Under the pieces are notes generated by a model. The model ran no database searches. It was not told the DNA's origin and saw nothing but the letters and a program-made list of their open reading frames with translations. A stretch of 54,899 nucleotides of DNA, taken from positions 62,001 through 116,899 of the IMG/VR virus record IMGVR_UViG_3300021085_000013; one strand, written 5' to 3'. Both the position numbers and the translations under genes were made by a program. The DNA is from an uncultured virus (IMG/VR IMGVR_UViG_3300021085_000013). Its lineage: Duplodnaviria > Heunggongvirae > Uroviricota > Caudoviricetes. Positions 1 to 11,524 of this stretch are shown here, piece after piece (the first letter of the stretch is position 1; every line of letters starts with the position of its first letter).

Positions 1-2800
1 TATTAACTATTCTACCGTGCGTCATAACTGAATCTCCGGCCTGATCACCTATCGCTGGATACGATGAAGGCGAGTCATTATCGCTATTATAGTATATTGA
101 TCCTGAAGGTGGTGGAGGCGGTCCGCCACAGCTTTCTGGCATACCAGTGAAACCTGAGTCTGTGCCTATGTTCCAATATACTGAATCTTGTTTCTGCCCT
201 TCTCCTATTAAAGGGAAGGCATTTGTCATGTTAGGTGATGATGTGTTATCTAATACCTTCTGTAATGGATATTTTCCTAAATCCTGAACAGAGCTTAAAC
301 CTACGATAGGAGATTGTCCTAATGGAACGTAAATTTTTACGTTTTCTCCAAGATGACCTCGAACACTATTATCTAAATCAGTTTGATTATCATTAGATGC
401 AAATTCATTATTATAATTAAATCTTTCTGTCATTGATGTAGGGTAATCTCCACTAAAGAAACATACATGTTTATTAATACCATCGCATACTGCAGTTGAT
501 GCTCCGGCTCCTGATGCTAATGTAAATTTAGTAGACCACAAATGAAAGTTACCGTGTAGAGTTTCTCCTAAGAATCCATTCTCAGATGGTCCACCCCAAT
601 ATTTAGATAGTGTAGGGTAATATGAATTTCCCGTATAAGGATCTCCATTGTATGTAAATGCATCTGTATATGCTATTGATCTGTACCATCCCTGCGCCGG
701 TTTAACTATTTGATTATCGTTATCTACTTTCCATATATGGGTGGCATAATCATCATACCATTCCCATGTATTTTGGCTCGTTGAAGCCGGGTGATTATCA
801 TAATTAAATGAACAATAATATTCTGTTATAGTGGCGTTTGAATAGACACTTCTTCCGGAAGCAATACCTCCATTATTTATCGCATCAATAATAGTTTGTT
901 CTGTCACAGGGTCTCCAGATTGATTGCTACTATTACCGGCAGACTTTCCAAACATATAGTCCTTGTCTCCTTCTACGTCTTTTATAGATTCTCCGTATGC
1001 AAAATATTTATTTTGAGGATTTGCATAAACACTATCTCCACTCGTGATTCCTTGTCCGTAAATATATTTTTTAGATTGTCCATCGATGTGAATATAACAA
1101 TCCTGTAACTCTATTCCATTTTTGTAAAATCTTTCTCCAGCATTTGAGCTTCCACCCCATTCTTGTGAAATTGATTGACCATTTTGTCCTCCGGTCCATT
1201 GTAGAGAATCAGTGGCTTTAGTAGCAGCATAAAGGGCTGAGACATCTTTTAGTGTTCCACCATAATTGCTATTTTCTATTGGATGCCAAGACGCACTTAC
1301 TCCATTTAAAGTTATTCCAGAATTATCATTACCCCATTCATACCCGACGCTCCCGAGTCTAATTATAGAAACTTGATCACCCATTTTATCATACATGTTA
1401 TGGTTTTCATCAGCTGAATTACTTTGGAGAAGATATACATAATTTGGATTAGCATTAGGATAACCATTAATTACACTATCCGATACACCAGCTCCCATTC
1501 CAGCTCCATAAAGACCACCTAGTAATACATGTTGCTGGTGTACAAGTGTACCATTATTGACGTTATCTGTTCCATCTGGGGAAATTCCGGAAATATTATA
1601 TTCAAATGTCATAATATCTGGAGTAGCATACGATATACCACCTCCATCTCCCCATGCTTGGCCGTGACATAAATACCATCCAGAATACATACCATATCCT
1701 GCTCCAAAGTTAGATGAGAAATTATGTGCACCATTACTGTAACCTATATAAGAGGTAGTGGAGTCGTTTAAGTAAAAGTTTTGATTAAATATGTCAACGG
1801 GTATCTTTGTTATACTACCAAGCGGCATTGAATTAAATACAATTCCCGGGTTAATCCAACTTACAGTTCCTTCTGTATCTGCAGATATTAATACGTTATT
1901 AGTATTTGCAAGCACGTCGTATTTTATATTACCTACTGTAAACTTTATTTCTTGACCATTACTTTCTACTTTTATTTTTTCTTCAAAGTTAGAAAGAGTT
2001 CCAATTGTCTGGATTACATTACTCCCGGAACTATTATATGATTCTATATTGGTAAATGTAGACTTGTGATTAATATTGTATTTTCCCCATGGTTGAGCCG
2101 GCACTGGAGTTGATATTGCAAAAGCAGCGGCGTTATCATCGACTCCTATAAATAAAGTAGAATTTGTCGGTGGATCTCCATTTACTGGGTCTACATTCTC
2201 CTGTAGCGATATTCTAAAGGATCTATATTCCCAGAAAGGATCCCATGTCGGAGATCCTGGAGGAGGTGTCATCGTTAATTTAATAGAATCAAACTGAGAT
2301 TCACTAGATTGTATTGCATATTGTCCGTCTGAAAATCTTGAATTAGTTACTACTGTTAATTGTGCCTTGGAAGATGGTGCGTTTGCAAAATCTTGATCAT
2401 TATAATATGGACTTAAATACTCTCCAGTTGCACTATCTAGATGTGCACTTGCACCTATAATTACAACCGGATTAACATTTGCAGATTGATAGAGAGTTTC
2501 GTCAGCCTTTGGATATAATATAGGATATTGTGTGCTAGCTCCATTAAGAAACCATCTTCCTCCAACTGGAGGACCTTCTATTCCCTGTGGACCCTGTGGA
2601 CCTTGTGATCCAATCTCCCCATTTTCTCCTTTATCGCCGTCTATCCCATTATCACCTTCTAACCCTAAAGGACCAGCAGGTCCTCCATTCGCAAGAAGCT
2701 TAAAATTATAATTAATTTTATCTATTTTATGCTTTGACCACCATTCACTGCTGTTTGGATCTAGATCGCTTTTAAAAAGTTCTTTGATTCTTATATTCAT
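1..2800 (-). CDS. Tail fibre / receptor-binding protein, 3' end beyond window edge (not in ORF track)
   Basis: ATG at 2800 (MNIRIKELFKSDLDPNSSEWWSKHKIDKINYNFKLL). Frame spot-checked at ~2580, ~1660 and the window edge. Short Gly-X-Y run at ~2575-2690 (GPLGLEGDNGIDGDKGENGEIGSQGPQGPQGIEG). Tail-collar-like GWYLCHG at ~1661-1681. Gly/Ser/Asn/Trp-rich body. Confidence 0.75.
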   Translation of the reverse strand, partial: MNIRIKELFKSDLDPNSSEWWSKHKIDKINYNFKLLANGGPAGPLGLEGDNGIDGDKGENGEIGSQGPQGPQGIEGPPVGGRWFLNGASTQYPILYPKADETLYQSANVNPVVIIGASAHLDSATGEYLSPYYNDQDFANAPSSKAQLTVVTNSRFSDGQYAIQSSESQFDSIKLTMTPPPGSPTWDPFWEYRSFRISLQENVDPVNGDPPTNSTLFIGVDDNAAAFAISTPVPAQPWGKYNINHKSTFTNIESYNSSGSNVIQTIGTLSNFEEKIKVESNGQEIKFTVGNIKYDVLANTNNVLISADTEGTVSWINPGIVFNSMPLGSITKIPVDIFNQNFYLNDSTTSYIGYSNGAHNFSSNFGAGYGMYSGWYLCHGQAWGDGGGISYATPDIMTFEYNISGISPDGTDNVNNGTLVHQQHVLLGGLYGAGMGAGVSDSVINGYPNANPNYVYLLQSNSADENHNMYDKMGDQVSIIRLGSVGYEWGNDNSGITLNGVSASWHPIENSNYGGTLKDVSALYAATKATDSLQWTGGQNGQSISQEWGGSSNAGERFYKNGIELQDCYIHIDGQSKKYIYGQGITSGDSVYANPQNKYFAYGESIKDVEGDKDYMFGKSAGNSSNQSGDPVTEQTIIDAINNGGIASGRSVYSNATITEYYCSFNYDNHPASTSQNTWEWYDDYATHIWKVDNDNQIVKPAQGWYRSIAYTDAFTYNGDPYTGNSYYPTLSKYWGGPSENGFLGETLHGNFHLWSTKFTLASGAGASTAVCDGINKHVCFFSGDYPTSMTERFNYNNEFASNDNQTDLDNSVRGHLGENVKIYVPLGQSPIVGLSSVQDLGKYPLQKVLDNTSSPNMTNAFPLIGEGQKQDSVYWNIGTDSGFTGMPESCGGPPPPPSGSIYYNSDNDSPSSYPAIGDQAGDSVMTHGRIVN

Positions 2801-2802
2801 TA

Positions 2803-5800
2803 TTATGCAATTATTTTAGAATGGACTCTAAAGCTATAGTTATATCCAGGCTTTTTATTATATATTAATCTAAAATCTAAAGGCTTTTCTGAGAATCTAC
2901 TTATTTCAAAATTAGTAAGAGGTATATGGCCATCTGACATAATATCTTCAACATGCCTCACATTGTTTAATTTTGAATATTCTTTTTCACCAGCTTTTTC
3001 GAACCCATATACTATAATTTCGTCTAAAATAAATCTAGGAATAATATTTTCTTTTGCGTAAATGCTTACGTCATCTTCTATTGTTGTTTTATCTCCGTAG
3101 GAATTAGCAACATTTACATATTTTCCATAATGTCCTACTATATTATCTTCTTTAAGCTCTTTAACAATCGACTCAACTATATAAAAATCCATATACACTT
3201 TATTACGATCTTCGAATATGTATACTGTATTTACATTTTCCTTTTCGTCATATCTTACTACGTCTAAATCTCTTAAGCTAAATACTCTAGAAGTATGATA
3301 TGCGGTTATGTCGTATTGGTTTTTCACTTTCATGATAGTAGAGGCAAAGAAAGATCTCTCTTCAATTGGACTTAGTGTTCCGTTTACTTTTATATTTTTA
3401 CCTCCTTCATAGGATCTAGTATAATAGTCTTTAGTATATTTACTATTAAATAAATTTAGATTCTTTTTATCTATAGCTATTTCACCAATAAGGGGGTATA
3501 GCGGTTGTTTATCTGTTTCTTGACTTAGTTTTAAAACATCACTACCTTCTTCGTTAACTTTATGATAAAAGAAATTAGGTATAATTCCAAACATATTGTC
3601 TATTTTTAAATAAGATGCAAATACACAATTTACCTCTGATAAATTGTTATATTTGGATTGTTCCCACATAAATTCATCCATTTCTTCAAGACTTCCAAAT
3701 GACGGAATGGAGTCTTCTATTTTTTTACTACGATATGGTGGTGTAAATTCTATTACACTTCTAAATAAAGGGTTATATTCTCCATTCATTCTTCTAAGAT
3801 TTGTATAATATCCACCATCTTCCCTAGCAACTAGGTCATGACCAATTTCATTATTACTTAATTTAAATGCCTTAGGTTTATCATCATCCGTTTCAGCGGT
3901 AAGTATAGACGTCTTAATAAATTCTACTCCGTCCTGTATTTCTATTGTGTATAGCCCAGTAGATTCGACACCTTCTTCTGAAATGGTAGTATACGTTATA
4001 TTAGAATTGCTATTTATTCTTTCTGCCATTCCAGGAGCAACTACATCTTTTAAAACATTTTCCCATCCAGATCTACCACCTTTATCGTATGATAAGACTA
4101 CTGAGTTTGAAATATTACTAGCATCAGTTGGACTAAGATTAAATGATAAATAAATAGATCCGTCATCGTTGGTTTGAACAGCGCCAGGTGTTCCTGAAAC
4201 AATAATATTATTATCATCTACGACTGATACTACTTTCATTCCAAATTGTTGACTAGAAGAATATCCAGGAATATTAAATTTTAAATATGCATATTCTCCG
4301 TCTATCTTAAATATATCTTCCGTGAATTTAGGTTGATTATTTCCGACAGACGCAATTGAAGCTGTTAATAGCTTGGTGTCTTCTTCCCATGAAGAAGCGC
4401 CTGCTGCACCCTGACCTCCAAATTCTAAGAAACCTCTAACACTAGAATCAATGATTTCTCCAGTAGTAGCATCTTTAATATCTGTTAATGTGTATGAAAG
4501 ATATCTATCAAATTCAGTGATTTCATTTTCAGGTATTGTTAAATGTATTAGAAGGGTTATAGTTTTAAATTTATCATTTTTTATAAATTCAAAGTCAGCT
4601 CTGGATTCTGACACTATTTCTTGAGCCTTTGGCACATCCGTGTAACACAATACTGTCGAATATTTATAATCGTTTATTTCTGAAGACGCACTGAATGATA
4701 TAGGTTGACTCAGAGAGAACTCCTTTCTTTCTTTATAAATATATCTAAGTCCTTTAAATACTGTAGAGGAGAAGCTCAAAGAGTCTCCTGATGTAAATGA
4801 AGTATATAGTCTCTTGGTCATTGCATCTACCCAATCTCCATTTAGATCCGATGCTCCTGTAAAGTTTAAAAACGCAGAAAAATAATCATAGTCTACATCT
4901 TTTAATTTACTAGAGATATCGCTATAAGACATTTTTTCATCAGTCGGATTAATGTAATCTCTAAGATATGGTATTTTATCAGAATCTCTCAAATAACTAG
5001 GAATATTCCATATTAAAAAATGTTCCATGTTTAGTTTATCACTATCCCTATCATTTATTATAGAAATATCTGCAGAAAGGTTATCAATTCCAAACGCTTC
5101 ATTAGCATTTAGTATATACGGTAAATTTCTTGAATTTATAGCAGTACCTTCTTTTAATGCAAATTTACATATAGTGGGAACTACTCTTGAATTAATACTT
5201 GTTTCTTTTAAAGAGTTTTCATTCAATCTATCATACTCGCTGGCTATTTCAATTTCAGAGCTGTCTCCTTCGGTCGAATCATCTTCTATTATGTTTGCTA
5301 ATTTTTTAAATTGAAATAAATCTAGATTTTCATCACCTGGAATAAATATAAATTTAGATGAGTTGTCAATATCTGATGCTAATATTGCGTATTCGGGATT
5401 AGGTTCACCTGATAATATTAGTTTAGTACTTATCTCTTGGCCATACGATAAAGAAAGGTTAGATGTAACGTTTAATACCTTAACATATTCTTGATCTATT
5501 GCAGATTTTAAGAAATCTCCTTTTTTAATAAACTCATCGACGAATAGTCCATGGATTACTATGCTCCATTCACCTTCCGAATTTGACTGAGGAACACCAG
5601 AGAAACCGGATCCACCATTAGAGTTTATTATCTCTGTATAACTTGCAGATGAGACTGAAAATGAACTTTCATCTTCCTTATAATTCTCACTTTCAAATTC
5701 TAGATGCGTCACGTCAGAGTTAGTAGTACTATAGAAATCAAAATCAAAATCTTTAAAGTCGTATGCTGAAAATTTACCGAAAGGCGTCTTATATGGATTA

Positions 5801-7644
5801 TATGTAGAGAATACCCTTCTTGTAAATTTTATAGGTTTTTCGAAAATAACTCTAAATTCTTCTGCATTTAAAGGATCTCTAATTATTTCTATAATTCTAG
5901 TAAATTTATCCTTTCTGTCATATTTTACATAATCTCCAACGTTAATGTTACCAACGTCCTTTGAAGAAACTACTAGTCCTTGGTCAATTGCACATCCACC
6001 TGACATAGTATAAATAGAATAATCTCCAATAGAAAGATCACCAGAAACTATACCACCTTCATTAATAAATTCATTATATCTTTTAGAAAAATGAGAATCC
6101 GCTAATGTACAATCACTCATATCTAAAAACGTATAAGGATTCGAAGTATTGATACCGAATATAGTGGTATATTTATTTCTACCTTGTGAATAATCATCAA
6201 TTACAATCCTACTGCGATATGATTGAGCGCTATATGGTATGATTTCCCCATTTCTTATTGCTCCTGCTAATGCAGCTGCTATTTGAGAAGTGTTTCCTTG
6301 ACATGAATATCTACCCTCAGAATACGTTCCAATCGGTAATGTTTCGTCTGCTATAAATATGAAATCTCCTAGATTAAACCTTTCTATAGAGATTTCTAAA
6401 AGATCTCCTAAAAATATTTTATCATTATGAACAGGCGGTTGCGTCAGTGAAAATTTCATAAATCCATTAAAGGCTTTCTTGTCTACGAATGGAGTTTCTA
6501 TTTCATTTTCTTTCTTAGCAGTAAACTTGTTAGAATCTCCCTTAAATGAAGTAGAAATAAACATATTACCGAACGATAAATTATAATTTTCAAAAGAATT
6601 TTTTATGTGATGATAATTACCTTCATTATCTTTGACCCAGCTCAATATCGGAAGACTAGATTCAGATTCATTAGGAATAATTTTTAAATCCTCAGATTCA
6701 TCATCTATTAAATTTAAGACTCCAAATTTACTTACATTCTCAACTGAGACAGTTCCTTCTTCATGCTCATCAACATATATTCCAAAATATCTATAAATGT
6801 TATAATCTTCTGCATCTTCATCATCAAAGAGAAATTCAATATTCATTACATTAGCTGAAATAATACCATTTCTTTCAAAACTTGATGTAATAGCATTGTT
6901 TGCTAATATCTCTGGAAGATCTTCTCTTATATAATCATCGTCTATATAATCTATTTTATTGACAAAACCACCTATCATCGCATCTATTCCCGAAAAATGA
7001 GTAGGTTCATCTATTTCAAAATTAAAAGAAAGGTGTGAACTTGGAAAAAGAGGATCTTCTATGTGGCTATTTAAATATGCTCCTAATTTAGAGTTATTAG
7101 TAAGATCAAATGATTTAATAATAGTAGCCTTCGAAAGCATTTCTTGAATCCTATTATTTTGACCATCGGCATCTTCTGTATATTTTTTAGAAAAATTAAC
7201 ATCTTCTATTCTGTATATTATAAATTTACTGGGGACCTTGTCTTCTAACCAAATAGGAGCAAGTATTCTATATTGTTCATCATACACTTTAGTGTAATTA
7301 AAGGATGCTCCATAGTTATATAAATTTTCATACTGTGAAGAAAAATCCGCACTAACAGCTAAATCAGTATGCTCTCTACCTACTTGATATCTTTTATCTT
7401 TTGGTAATTTTCCATAGAAAAGAGCAACATCTCTATTATATTGACCAAAGTCAGATAGTGGATATTTTTGAAATTCAACTTGTGAGAGAGTTCTACTAGC
7501 CTTAATAGAGCTTAGGTAAATATCTCCTAAAGAATCTGCAACTAACTTAATATTAGAAGTTAATTTTGGATTAGTTCTTAGTAAAGCAAATGATTTGTTT
7601 TTAACCAAACTATTCTTTGCCGCTGTGTTAATAATTTTCGCCAT
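2803..7644 (-). CDS. Large hypothetical virion structural protein (1613 aa)
   Basis: Long acidic ORF in the structural cluster, preceded by GATATATA motif. No family recognised. Confidence 0.55.
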   Translation of the reverse strand: MAKIINTAAKNSLVKNKSFALLRTNPKLTSNIKLVADSLGDIYLSSIKASRTLSQVEFQKYPLSDFGQYNRDVALFYGKLPKDKRYQVGREHTDLAVSADFSSQYENLYNYGASFNYTKVYDEQYRILAPIWLEDKVPSKFIIYRIEDVNFSKKYTEDADGQNNRIQEMLSKATIIKSFDLTNNSKLGAYLNSHIEDPLFPSSHLSFNFEIDEPTHFSGIDAMIGGFVNKIDYIDDDYIREDLPEILANNAITSSFERNGIISANVMNIEFLFDDEDAEDYNIYRYFGIYVDEHEEGTVSVENVSKFGVLNLIDDESEDLKIIPNESESSLPILSWVKDNEGNYHHIKNSFENYNLSFGNMFISTSFKGDSNKFTAKKENEIETPFVDKKAFNGFMKFSLTQPPVHNDKIFLGDLLEISIERFNLGDFIFIADETLPIGTYSEGRYSCQGNTSQIAAALAGAIRNGEIIPYSAQSYRSRIVIDDYSQGRNKYTTIFGINTSNPYTFLDMSDCTLADSHFSKRYNEFINEGGIVSGDLSIGDYSIYTMSGGCAIDQGLVVSSKDVGNINVGDYVKYDRKDKFTRIIEIIRDPLNAEEFRVIFEKPIKFTRRVFSTYNPYKTPFGKFSAYDFKDFDFDFYSTTNSDVTHLEFESENYKEDESSFSVSSASYTEIINSNGGSGFSGVPQSNSEGEWSIVIHGLFVDEFIKKGDFLKSAIDQEYVKVLNVTSNLSLSYGQEISTKLILSGEPNPEYAILASDIDNSSKFIFIPGDENLDLFQFKKLANIIEDDSTEGDSSEIEIASEYDRLNENSLKETSINSRVVPTICKFALKEGTAINSRNLPYILNANEAFGIDNLSADISIINDRDSDKLNMEHFLIWNIPSYLRDSDKIPYLRDYINPTDEKMSYSDISSKLKDVDYDYFSAFLNFTGASDLNGDWVDAMTKRLYTSFTSGDSLSFSSTVFKGLRYIYKERKEFSLSQPISFSASSEINDYKYSTVLCYTDVPKAQEIVSESRADFEFIKNDKFKTITLLIHLTIPENEITEFDRYLSYTLTDIKDATTGEIIDSSVRGFLEFGGQGAAGASSWEEDTKLLTASIASVGNNQPKFTEDIFKIDGEYAYLKFNIPGYSSSQQFGMKVVSVVDDNNIIVSGTPGAVQTNDDGSIYLSFNLSPTDASNISNSVVLSYDKGGRSGWENVLKDVVAPGMAERINSNSNITYTTISEEGVESTGLYTIEIQDGVEFIKTSILTAETDDDKPKAFKLSNNEIGHDLVAREDGGYYTNLRRMNGEYNPLFRSVIEFTPPYRSKKIEDSIPSFGSLEEMDEFMWEQSKYNNLSEVNCVFASYLKIDNMFGIIPNFFYHKVNEEGSDVLKLSQETDKQPLYPLIGEIAIDKKNLNLFNSKYTKDYYTRSYEGGKNIKVNGTLSPIEERSFFASTIMKVKNQYDITAYHTSRVFSLRDLDVVRYDEKENVNTVYIFEDRNKVYMDFYIVESIVKELKEDNIVGHYGKYVNVANSYGDKTTIEDDVSIYAKENIIPRFILDEIIVYGFEKAGEKEYSKLNNVRHVEDIMSDGHIPLTNFEISRFSEKPLDFRLIYNKKPGYNYSFRVHSKIIA

Positions 7645-7701
7645 TTATGAATAGACTCTATTTTTGTTAGAGTATATATCTTGCTTTGTTACAGCAGAAT
7701 A

Positions 7702-10700
7702 TTACCTGTATGGGCGAGCGTCAAAGTCGTATAATCTAGAGGATGAAAAATCTGTATATCCGCTACTAGAGTTGAAGAATCTTCTTCTATTCCACCACCA
7801 TCCACCAGAACCTGAGCTACTTCTATAACTTTGTAGCATTACTTTATTGATACTATTCTTATTAGTACCAACTGCTCTGTATTTAGCATATACTTCGATA
7901 TCAAACTTAAATTCAGATTTATACGTGTCTAAGATGTCTATCCCTATTTTTTTAGAATAAGTTAAATTAGCAAAAGAATTTCCATATATACCACCTATTC
8001 TACCTTTACCACTTTCATCTTCTCCAAAATAATCTGTCATTCTATATTGAAATACCATATCTACTGAAACAGCATTCTGACTTCCACCTTCTACTATTTT
8101 CTTACCATACTTATTAGGTCCATCTACTGATAGGCTAGTTTGATTTATAGGTGAAAGATATAAGAAAGATCCGCACGAAAGACCACCTAATAAATATTGA
8201 TCATCTTCCGTAAATGAATTCTTAACAGATTTTCTAGGAATAACCGTACCTGATTCATCCATAGGTCCGGATTCTGATCCATCCCTAAATGTAATAGCCA
8301 AAGGCTGATATGGCGTTTGTATTTTTCCGTTTTGGTCATTGGCTCTTTTAACTGCGTACTTAGGCATTGAAACTATTCCAGTTGTCACCATTTCAAACAC
8401 ATTTAATCTATTGTCAGGGTCAATTCCTCCCTCATCGGCGTCTTTAATAAGTGGATGAAATTTAGATAAAAATAAACCTTTATCATATTCACTAGAACCC
8501 AGCGTTGTTATCGAAATTAAATCTAGTTCAGAATTATTAGCAGAGCTTTCTACATTACCTCCACCGTATGTTCCGTTCCATATAAAATCTGATCCGTTTG
8601 ATGTTGGGCTATTAGTTAATTGACATGTCATAGTACTAGAATCAGCTCCACTAAAATCTCGTAAATGCGTTCTATCGGCAATACTACCTGGAGTAAATAG
8701 TGTATTACCACCATTGTTATTTCTTATTGGATAACTTAAACCATATTCTGCAGTAGTAACTCCGTTTGTTACGGCATGAGAAGATCCCGTATCTGCATTT
8801 GTTGTAAGGTATAAATTACCATTATTAGATATATTTTTAAATCTAGAATATATGAATTGCCCATTTAATTGTGAAGATTGTTCTGGTGCCGTAGCAAAAT
8901 AATTATAAGAATTACCATCTCCAGTTAAGTTTTGATAAACTAAAGGAACTTGATCATATTTTCCTTCTGTCATATAGTATGTATCATTAGATATCATATC
9001 ATCAGGACCAGCATTTGAAGCTAGCTTCATGTTACCTGTTTCTAGATCTATTATACCTAATCCATAATCTTGTTGACTTGTTGAAACATAGGCAGGTTGT
9101 TTAAGATCTCCAACGATTCTTGCACATAGTTCTAAGTCAGATGCCTTGGTGTTATGTAATTCAACTGTAAAGTTTTTAGTAACAACATATCCTTTGCTAA
9201 TTCCCGTAGGTGCATTGTCTACATAATATCCTGCAAATATTTTAGCGGTAGTGTTGTTTTTAACCATAGTGGCAACTCCTTCTTCATCTACAATTTTAAC
9301 TTGTAGTTCTCCAACAGTACCTTCTACTTTAGATTGTAATCTTTCTAATTGATTCTGTAATTCTAATAATTTTTCATAAACACTAATAGGATTCTGTTCT
9401 CCGGTTAAAAATCCTGATGCAAGGCTTTCAGCGCCATGTGCATAGTATGTATCACCTGCTGTAAAGCCAGTATCAAGGTGTGTAAATAAATTCTGAGATT
9501 CTAAATCATCATTTATTTCAACTTTAACATTATCTAGATCGTTTTGATTTACGAGTGAATTAGCTCCGTCAGTTGCTATTACTCCTTCAGGGAATGGAAT
9601 ACTAATAATTTCGGACCATTCTGATTCTACTGGAGTCGTAGGAAAACCTGCTTCAGAAACAGATTTTACCATCATTTCGATAACTTCGCCTTGTCTTATC
9701 GGTAAATCTATAGAATTAAAGTTAATAGCCTGTGCATCTTCTTCAGATTCTATAATCCATCTATAACCACCGTCTGCTTGCTTTTCTCTTTTTCTAACAG
9801 GACCTTTAACTTCTACCCAGTTTGAAAATGCAGCAGTTTTTTTATTAAATTTAATTTGCTCAATCACGGAAGTTTTTCCAGTAGAAGATGCATACCTATA
9901 TCTTGCGATAAACTGAACTACTTCTTGTGAAACTTCATCTCCAACTTTTTTAGCATCTGGAATTGACCAGAAACCTCTAACTCTATATTTAGGAGAAGCT
10001 TTGGGTAATTCATTAGATTCTGCAATGGCTTTAATTTCACTAACGCTAGAAGAAAATACCTTTGTCTCAGCTGCTTTTTCTCTAATTAAAGAAGATAGTT
10101 CGTTCTTCTCTCTATTTCTTTCAATTTTAGATGAGAATTTTTTAGTAGCAATTAACTTTCTTTTTTTCTTAATAGTAGAATCAAGTTTTTTAACAGCTTC
10201 CTTTGCAGCGACCTTATCTGATTTAATCTGCTTAACCTTCTGAACACTTGCGTTTTCAGTAAGGTGTTTATTTATCTGAGTAACCTTAAAGTTATCAGAT
10301 TCAATAATCGGTGCATCTGGGATAAGACCTTCCGATGCAGGCGGAATATAATCTACTTTAAGTGCTTTAATGAATTGTCCAAAGTCAGCAACCTCTTCTT
10401 TGTAATATTTAGCGAGAGATGTTATTACACCTTCTTCGTTTTGAATAGTTAATTCATTGGAAAAGAACGCAATTCCTGGTGAAAAATCAGTTGAAGGAAT
10501 TTTAGAAATAGGATCAATTGGCTTAACAAAAACAACTTGTCTTTCATTAAATCCAACTTTAATTTCAATATCAACAGATAAATCAATGTCTTTATAAATT
10601 CTTAGAGAATCTGCACCAATCTTTACAGGAACATATCCTTCTAATAGTTCTAAACCTACTTGAGATGTTGAAGCATCGATAGAGGTTATTTTATATCTTG

Positions 10701-11523
10701 TGTTATATTCTTTATTGTTTACTACTAATGAATCACCTATCTTTAAAGATTCAGTGTCTTTCATTCTTTTATTAGCATCAGAATATGTTAACTTATTTAA
10801 AGTATAAACTTTAATCGTCTTAGTTTGACTAACACCGTCTACCATGACGGTCTTCTGAACATTCTCAACCTTTAATACATCTAGGCCTCCTGTATATTGA
10901 ATAGACCTAATTGGCATATCAACAGTCTCTGCATCGATTCTGTATTTTAAACCAGCTTCTTCAATTTTAGAAACAAAACTTTCGTAATTAATATCATTTT
11001 CACCTTTATAAATTTCATCAAAGGATTCAGTCGATGCAATATCTTCATGATCAAAAATAAATCTTTCAGTGTATATTCTTTCAGTGTCTACCGGAATCTG
11101 TCCTTTAACATCTAAACTTATTGTTAATAACGGGTTTAAGAAATCTTCAAAGAAATCGTTTAATTTAGTATTAAATTCTTTAGGAGTTGCAAGAGATGTT
11201 ACGGGTAAAGAAGGTCCTTTTAATTTAGAAGTATGTATTTTTCTATAAGATCCATCTTTAAGTTTAACATTTGCACTTGAAGTGTCTAGTCCACTAATTG
11301 CAGTTAAATTCTTATCAATTCTTTCAATCTCTCTTTTCAAAAATCCAAATGCTGGAATTTGAATCGCTGTCATTTTTCCTGTGCGATTATCGAATAGGTC
11401 AATGGTAACTGTTTCTTTATCTGTAGAAATAGCCTCATTGATACGCTCAAAAGTTTCTAGTGAATTAGTGTTTAATTCTAGAAACTGTTCGAGTAAATGT
11501 GATATAGAATTACTAGCGCTCAT
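7702..11523 (-). CDS. Large hypothetical virion protein with coiled-coil segments (1273 aa)
   Basis: ORF track. Lys-rich helical stretch (KVKQIKSDKVAAKEAVKKL) and EKLLELQNQLERLQSKV. Structural context. Confidence 0.55.
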   Translation of the reverse strand: MSASNSISHLLEQFLELNTNSLETFERINEAISTDKETVTIDLFDNRTGKMTAIQIPAFGFLKREIERIDKNLTAISGLDTSSANVKLKDGSYRKIHTSKLKGPSLPVTSLATPKEFNTKLNDFFEDFLNPLLTISLDVKGQIPVDTERIYTERFIFDHEDIASTESFDEIYKGENDINYESFVSKIEEAGLKYRIDAETVDMPIRSIQYTGGLDVLKVENVQKTVMVDGVSQTKTIKVYTLNKLTYSDANKRMKDTESLKIGDSLVVNNKEYNTRYKITSIDASTSQVGLELLEGYVPVKIGADSLRIYKDIDLSVDIEIKVGFNERQVVFVKPIDPISKIPSTDFSPGIAFFSNELTIQNEEGVITSLAKYYKEEVADFGQFIKALKVDYIPPASEGLIPDAPIIESDNFKVTQINKHLTENASVQKVKQIKSDKVAAKEAVKKLDSTIKKKRKLIATKKFSSKIERNREKNELSSLIREKAAETKVFSSSVSEIKAIAESNELPKASPKYRVRGFWSIPDAKKVGDEVSQEVVQFIARYRYASSTGKTSVIEQIKFNKKTAAFSNWVEVKGPVRKREKQADGGYRWIIESEEDAQAINFNSIDLPIRQGEVIEMMVKSVSEAGFPTTPVESEWSEIISIPFPEGVIATDGANSLVNQNDLDNVKVEINDDLESQNLFTHLDTGFTAGDTYYAHGAESLASGFLTGEQNPISVYEKLLELQNQLERLQSKVEGTVGELQVKIVDEEGVATMVKNNTTAKIFAGYYVDNAPTGISKGYVVTKNFTVELHNTKASDLELCARIVGDLKQPAYVSTSQQDYGLGIIDLETGNMKLASNAGPDDMISNDTYYMTEGKYDQVPLVYQNLTGDGNSYNYFATAPEQSSQLNGQFIYSRFKNISNNGNLYLTTNADTGSSHAVTNGVTTAEYGLSYPIRNNNGGNTLFTPGSIADRTHLRDFSGADSSTMTCQLTNSPTSNGSDFIWNGTYGGGNVESSANNSELDLISITTLGSSEYDKGLFLSKFHPLIKDADEGGIDPDNRLNVFEMVTTGIVSMPKYAVKRANDQNGKIQTPYQPLAITFRDGSESGPMDESGTVIPRKSVKNSFTEDDQYLLGGLSCGSFLYLSPINQTSLSVDGPNKYGKKIVEGGSQNAVSVDMVFQYRMTDYFGEDESGKGRIGGIYGNSFANLTYSKKIGIDILDTYKSEFKFDIEVYAKYRAVGTNKNSINKVMLQSYRSSSGSGGWWWNRRRFFNSSSGYTDFSSSRLYDFDARPYR

Positions 11524-11524
11524 A